DNA of 64,000 nt, taken from positions 288,001-352,000 of the forward strand of contig CBDCNQ010000004.1 in NCBI GenBank assembly GCA_965219445.1, in the 5' to 3' direction. Each line of letters starts with the position of its first letter. Position 1 is the stretch's first letter. Both the position numbers and the translations under genes were made by a program. This document shows positions 59,943 to 64,000 of the stretch, in pieces. Below the pieces are notes generated by a model, which did not search any database, was not told where the DNA came from, and saw nothing but the letters and a program-made list of their open reading frames with translations. Source of the DNA: Longimicrobiales bacterium (lineage in GTDB: Bacteria > Gemmatimonadota > Gemmatimonadetes > Longimicrobiales > Gaopeijiaceae).

Positions 59943-62900
59943 CCGCCCCCCCCAACCAAATGGAACCCAATCCGTAGCATTCTACCTGTACTCGTCGAGG
60001 CGAGCTTCCTCCCAAAGCGAGGATTCACTGTGACGGGGACATCGACGTCACCCGTGATTGGATCGACCGACACCTGCCCAGACCCGTCGACCAGCAGAAG
60101 CGCGGTGTCCCGCAACCCTTCGTGGGATTGAAGGAGGTTGAAGCCCTCGACGACGAACTCCACCCGACGCCCACTCGATCGGAAGATGCCGAGGGCCAAC
60201 CGAAGGTCCAGAGCGTGCACTCCCCCCCCTCGGCAACGGTTGCGCTTTGCGAATTGCTCCAAGGCGGTCGTAAGGCAACTCCAACGCCGCGCCAGATCGA
60301 GAACCGCTGGATCATCAGGCACGAAGGACACGTCATTCGAGGCGGAGCCGTCCCCGTTGGCGTCTACTCCCGCCCGGTAACCCGCCGTGAAGGGGTAAGC
60401 GGAACGGAAACGGTACGTCCCAGTCAGGGTCCCCTCAGGGAAGCGGAGCGACAAGCCCACAGCCACGCGGTGCGGGGTGTCGAGGTCTGATCTACCTTCG
60501 CTCCACGGCGTGGGGGTGAGATCGTCTAGCCCGGGATCGAGCGCGGCGTCCGGCTGACCGGAAGCTACGCCCAGCCAGTTGTCCCTCGTTTCTGACCAGG
60601 TATAGGCACCGAACAGCTCCAACCAGTCTTCAACCCTGTGGTCGAGTGACACCGTAGCAGAGATTTGCTCGGACCAGCCATCAGGGTTCAAGGCCCATAC
60701 CTGGTCGAATTCGGCGAATCGCCGATTCGACCCAGGGGCGGACGTCAGCACGCCGCCTTGCTGGGCGAGCTGCCCAAGAACGCGCCGGCCGAACTGGTCT
60801 GAGCCGGCCGCCTCGGTCAGCAGGTTCAGATCGGAGCGGCGTAGCAGGAATTCGGTTCGCCGAAAGGAGCCCGACGCCCGGAAGGCCGTTCTCCTTCCTA
60901 GGAGCTGCCACAGACCGACATATGCGCGACGGGTTCGGGGGGACTCTATGCCGGTGCTCATCAGTGTGATGCGCTCCCCGGTCACCGGAACGGCAGTCTC
61001 ATCCGGTAAGCTGGGCCACGCACCGAGGTTCCCTACACCTCTCCGGATGTCGATACCTCGACCAAAGGAGAGGACCTCGCTGAGGGCCCCCGGATCCAGA
61101 TCTCCGTGGTGCGTTCCGGCCCCGGCCAAGAAGACCGTGTTTCCCTGCCCTCTCAAGTCCCAGCGAAGCCCGATTCGGGGGCTGAACCTATGCAATGTGG
61201 ATTCCGGCGCTTCCGCCCCAAGTCCGCTAGCCGCGATCCAGTCACCATTCACGCTTACGTCCTCGTCTGGAAGGAACTCCGCGTCGTACCGGAAGCCGCT
61301 GGTCAATCTGAGTCCTGGAGCCGCGTCCCAGCCGTACTGAACGAAGCTCGAGATCCTGGGCAGTGAAAAATTTACTGGCGGCCTTGGGGCCGCGATCTGC
61401 CTGAAGGCGCCGTCCCCGCTCGCGACCTCGTTCGGACTGGAGTACACGAAAGTTCCGACTCCGCTGCTCGGGAACCGGTACTCGAATGACGGAATCGAGA
61501 ACTGACCGCCGACCTTGAGATGGTGCTGCGGGCCGATCGAAAAATGGAGGGTAGGACCCCCGACAAAGCCGGCCCGGGACACCCGGCTGGGTAGCGAAGG
61601 ATCGAGCCCGATCCAGTCGCCCGAGTCAACGAGCCACGTGCCCGGGATGGGTTCACGGGCCGCCCCCGGGTGTTCCCTGCTGCTGCTTTGGAAACCGGTC
61701 CGGAACTCCAGATCAGCCGCACCGAATGGGCGCGTAGTGAGGGTCGCCGAGATCAGAATGTCCAGGGCTTCGAGCGGCGGTGTGGTGCCATAGGCTGCCG
61801 GAAACTGCATAGCCAGGCCTTGCGAAACCTGGAGCGCAGCGGCCATCGCCCCCACTTGGAGGCTGCTGGTGGGCGATAGCGCCCAATCGACTCGAGTGAT
61901 CCCGGTAACGGACCTCGTTTTTTCTACCCAAGGCTCACCGAACTCGGAGGCCCTTTCACCGAGGCCGGGCAACGCTGATGCAGTTGGACCAGCTACTACG
62001 GGAAGACGAGGCGTCTCCACCTGGTAGCCTTCCGCGGCCACGAAAAGGCGGGTCGTGTCTGCTATGAGGGGGATGCTCGCTCTGGCCCCACCCCAGAACG
62101 ACGTAAGGCTAGGAACACTCGCTTCGAAGGAATCGGAGAACCAGAGTTGGTCCGCCGAGCCACTACCGAAAACATCGATGGCGTTCCGTTGCCCGCCGGA
62201 TCGCGTCCCGACGACCGTGTAGCCTCCGGCGCCACCTTGCCCTTCAATGTCCGTCTGGGCCTCTGGAAACGCCAGGTACGCCAATCCCGACCTAGGGAGG
62301 ATCAGGGCTTCCGTTCCTCCGCCCGGCAGCCACGGGTGTCGAGCGGGAGAAAAGGGGATGCCGTCCACAAACGTCTGTGTCATGGAAGCTGGAAGACCCT
62401 CCGACCCCATGAACGGGTCGAAGCGAGACGAGAGAGAAGAGAGCGACGATATCGTCCGGAGGCGATCCGGGTAGTCGTCGACCTCATCCCCCTGGATCCA
62501 GCGGCCACCTCCGGGTATCACGATTCCGGTCAGCCCGATGGCGAGTGACACCGTGTCCACTCGTAGGACAGGGGGTACTGCCGGCGCGATGGTCACCGGG
62601 ACTCGGGTGCGTTCCCCGGGTCGGATCGGAATGCCGATCACCCGCACGGGTCCATACCCGATGATCTCCACGAGGAGGTCATACTCCCCGGGGGGTACTT
62701 GCGGGAATTGAAAGGCACCACCTCGCTCTGTCAGTTCCACTCGCTCCCACCCCGACGTCACCGAGGCGGCGACCACGCGTGCCTGCGCGACTGGTCGCCC
62801 AAACTCATCGACCACGAGTCCGTTCAGTTCACCGCTTGTGATACTCTGAGCGGCCAACCCGGTCGCCGACCCAACCATGGAGCAGAGGAGCACGCTGAGG

Positions 62901-62956
62901 ATCCGGCCGTTTGGTAGCAATCTTGCCGAACCGTTGAGATCGGTAGCACGGGTCAC
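59939..62956 (-). CDS. TonB-dependent receptor (Oar-like, carboxypeptidase-regulatory N-domain)
   Basis: N-terminal PPGEYDLLVE, FSPRIGLRWD, barrel C-terminus. Confidence 0.8.
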   Translation of the reverse strand: MTRATDLNGSARLLPNGRILSVLLCSMVGSATGLAAQSITSGELNGLVVDEFGRPVAQARVVAASVTSGWERVELTERGGAFQFPQVPPGEYDLLVEIIGYGPVRVIGIPIRPGERTRVPVTIAPAVPPVLRVDTVSLAIGLTGIVIPGGGRWIQGDEVDDYPDRLRTISSLSSLSSRFDPFMGSEGLPASMTQTFVDGIPFSPARHPWLPGGGTEALILPRSGLAYLAFPEAQTDIEGQGGAGGYTVVGTRSGGQRNAIDVFGSGSADQLWFSDSFEASVPSLTSFWGGARASIPLIADTTRLFVAAEGYQVETPRLPVVAGPTASALPGLGERASEFGEPWVEKTRSVTGITRVDWALSPTSSLQVGAMAAALQVSQGLAMQFPAAYGTTPPLEALDILISATLTTRPFGAADLEFRTGFQSSSREHPGAAREPIPGTWLVDSGDWIGLDPSLPSRVSRAGFVGGPTLHFSIGPQHHLKVGGQFSIPSFEYRFPSSGVGTFVYSSPNEVASGDGAFRQIAAPRPPVNFSLPRISSFVQYGWDAAPGLRLTSGFRYDAEFLPDEDVSVNGDWIAASGLGAEAPESTLHRFSPRIGLRWDLRGQGNTVFLAGAGTHHGDLDPGALSEVLSFGRGIDIRRGVGNLGAWPSLPDETAVPVTGERITLMSTGIESPRTRRAYVGLWQLLGRRTAFRASGSFRRTEFLLRRSDLNLLTEAAGSDQFGRRVLGQLAQQGGVLTSAPGSNRRFAEFDQVWALNPDGWSEQISATVSLDHRVEDWLELFGAYTWSETRDNWLGVASGQPDAALDPGLDDLTPTPWSEGRSDLDTPHRVAVGLSLRFPEGTLTGTYRFRSAYPFTAGYRAGVDANGDGSASNDVSFVPDDPAVLDLARRWSCLTTALEQFAKRNRCRGGGVHALDLRLALGIFRSSGRRVEFVVEGFNLLQSHEGLRDTALLLVDGSGQVSVDPITGDVDVPVTVNPRFGRKLASTSTGRMLRIGFHLVGGGG

Positions 62957-62984
62957 GACCGGGCCTCCACTTCTTTGCGTGTAC

Positions 62985-64000
62985 TCATGTGCATGTACTC
63001 ACGGATTGTTGGCGCATCGGCGAGCTGGCGGTCGCACGGTCGTCGGGCGGGCCGAGGGTACGCCTGAGAACGAGACCGAGCATCACGCCCCCGAAAGCCG
63101 CCAGAATCTCCGCTACGGCCATATCCGTCAGGGGTCCCGTGGCCGCAGCTGTCGCCATGCCTGAAACAGCTAGAAAAAGTGCTCCCGTCGCCCATCCGAG
63201 TCCTGGCGCCCACCATCCCGCCAAGATGAGAGGCCCCGCGACCCAGGTGAGACTGAGCGTGGAATCGACCCATGGAGCCGTATGCTCCGGATGGATGAGC
63301 AGGGCCCAACCTTCTCCCGGTGTATGCCGGAGCGCCGCATATTCGTACTCGTCCAGCCAGAGGGAGTATCCCTCCACGGCATTCTCCGCGCGAAGCCTGA
63401 TCGTGTCACCGGGCCGAGTAGCTGCGAAGGCTTGTCGAACCCGTAGGTCCGGACGGTCCAACCGGAGCTCGTTCGCCCGGTATCGCACGCGGAGGACGAG
63501 GTCCGTGGCATCGGCCCCGAGGACCACCATCTCTACGCCGGACTCGTCGAAGATACTTACGATCGGGGCCAGAGCGGGGGGAGCGGGCCCGGCCACCGCT
63601 TGCACGTACAGAGGCGCTCCAGAGCGAAGCAAATCCACGGCAAGCTCGGGGTTCGACGTCCTCTCCGATCCCAAGAACATGGATCCCAACGAGGCCTCGA
63701 GCACCTGGCCCTCGTATGCCTCCAGGTACTGAAGGTCGGCCGTCCATTGTCCGTAGTAGATCGTGGCCGGGAAAGAGGGAGCCAGCAGGACTCCGGCCAT
63801 AAAGAGGAGCACCGCCGCCGCCGCTCCCGTGCCTACGGTCAGAGCCCCGGCCAGACGCCGGCTCGGCCAGAGCAACTGCTTTGCCATCGCGCCGATACCG
63901 GCCCCGGCAGCCCCTCCGAGGGCGTTGTTTACCACGTCGCCCAGACCCGGGTACCGGCCTGGAATCATCCCCTGCAGCACCTCGATGAGAATCGAAAGCG
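62985..64000 (-). CDS. VanZ-like membrane protein, 5'-partial
   Basis: IEVLQ..IPGR...GDVVNNALG motif. Confidence 0.7.
   Translation of the reverse strand, partial: LSILIEVLQGMIPGRYPGLGDVVNNALGGAAGAGIGAMAKQLLWPSRRLAGALTVGTGAAAAVLLFMAGVLLAPSFPATIYYGQWTADLQYLEAYEGQVLEASLGSMFLGSERTSNPELAVDLLRSGAPLYVQAVAGPAPPALAPIVSIFDESGVEMVVLGADATDLVLRVRYRANELRLDRPDLRVRQAFAATRPGDTIRLRAENAVEGYSLWLDEYEYAALRHTPGEGWALLIHPEHTAPWVDSTLSLTWVAGPLILAGWWAPGLGWATGALFLAVSGMATAAATGPLTDMAVAEILAAFGGVMLGLVLRRTLGPPDDRATASSPMRQQSVSTCT

Overview
GC-rich bacterial window; the gene repertoire suggests Gemmatimonadota (inference only). Positions 1 to ~20.8 kb form a decayed accessory region around a tRNA-Ala(TGC) integration hub. It has a 3'-end att duplicate, a 5'-half att duplicate and an integrase remnant, plus relics of integron-type gene cassettes (attC-like repeats, no intI) and five IS elements, several nested. 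One is an IS1595 that carries a tRNA gene with a Ser-type body and a UAA anticodon. Positions ~21-64 kb are more chromosomal: an acyltransferase / Tam41-like / CDP-alcohol transferase lipid operon, a CDF transporter, a Gld-like ABC system, a 928-aa coiled-coil protein, an IS256 with an IS110 inside its left inverted repeat, a Lol-like ABC cluster, TonB-dependent receptors, a stand-alone dnaE2 with a putative SOS box, and an AbrB/PIN toxin-antitoxin pair. In both IS110 elements the bridge/seek-RNA guide segments can be read in the right non-coding end and match the insertion site. All protein calls come from motif recognition by eye; no searches were run.
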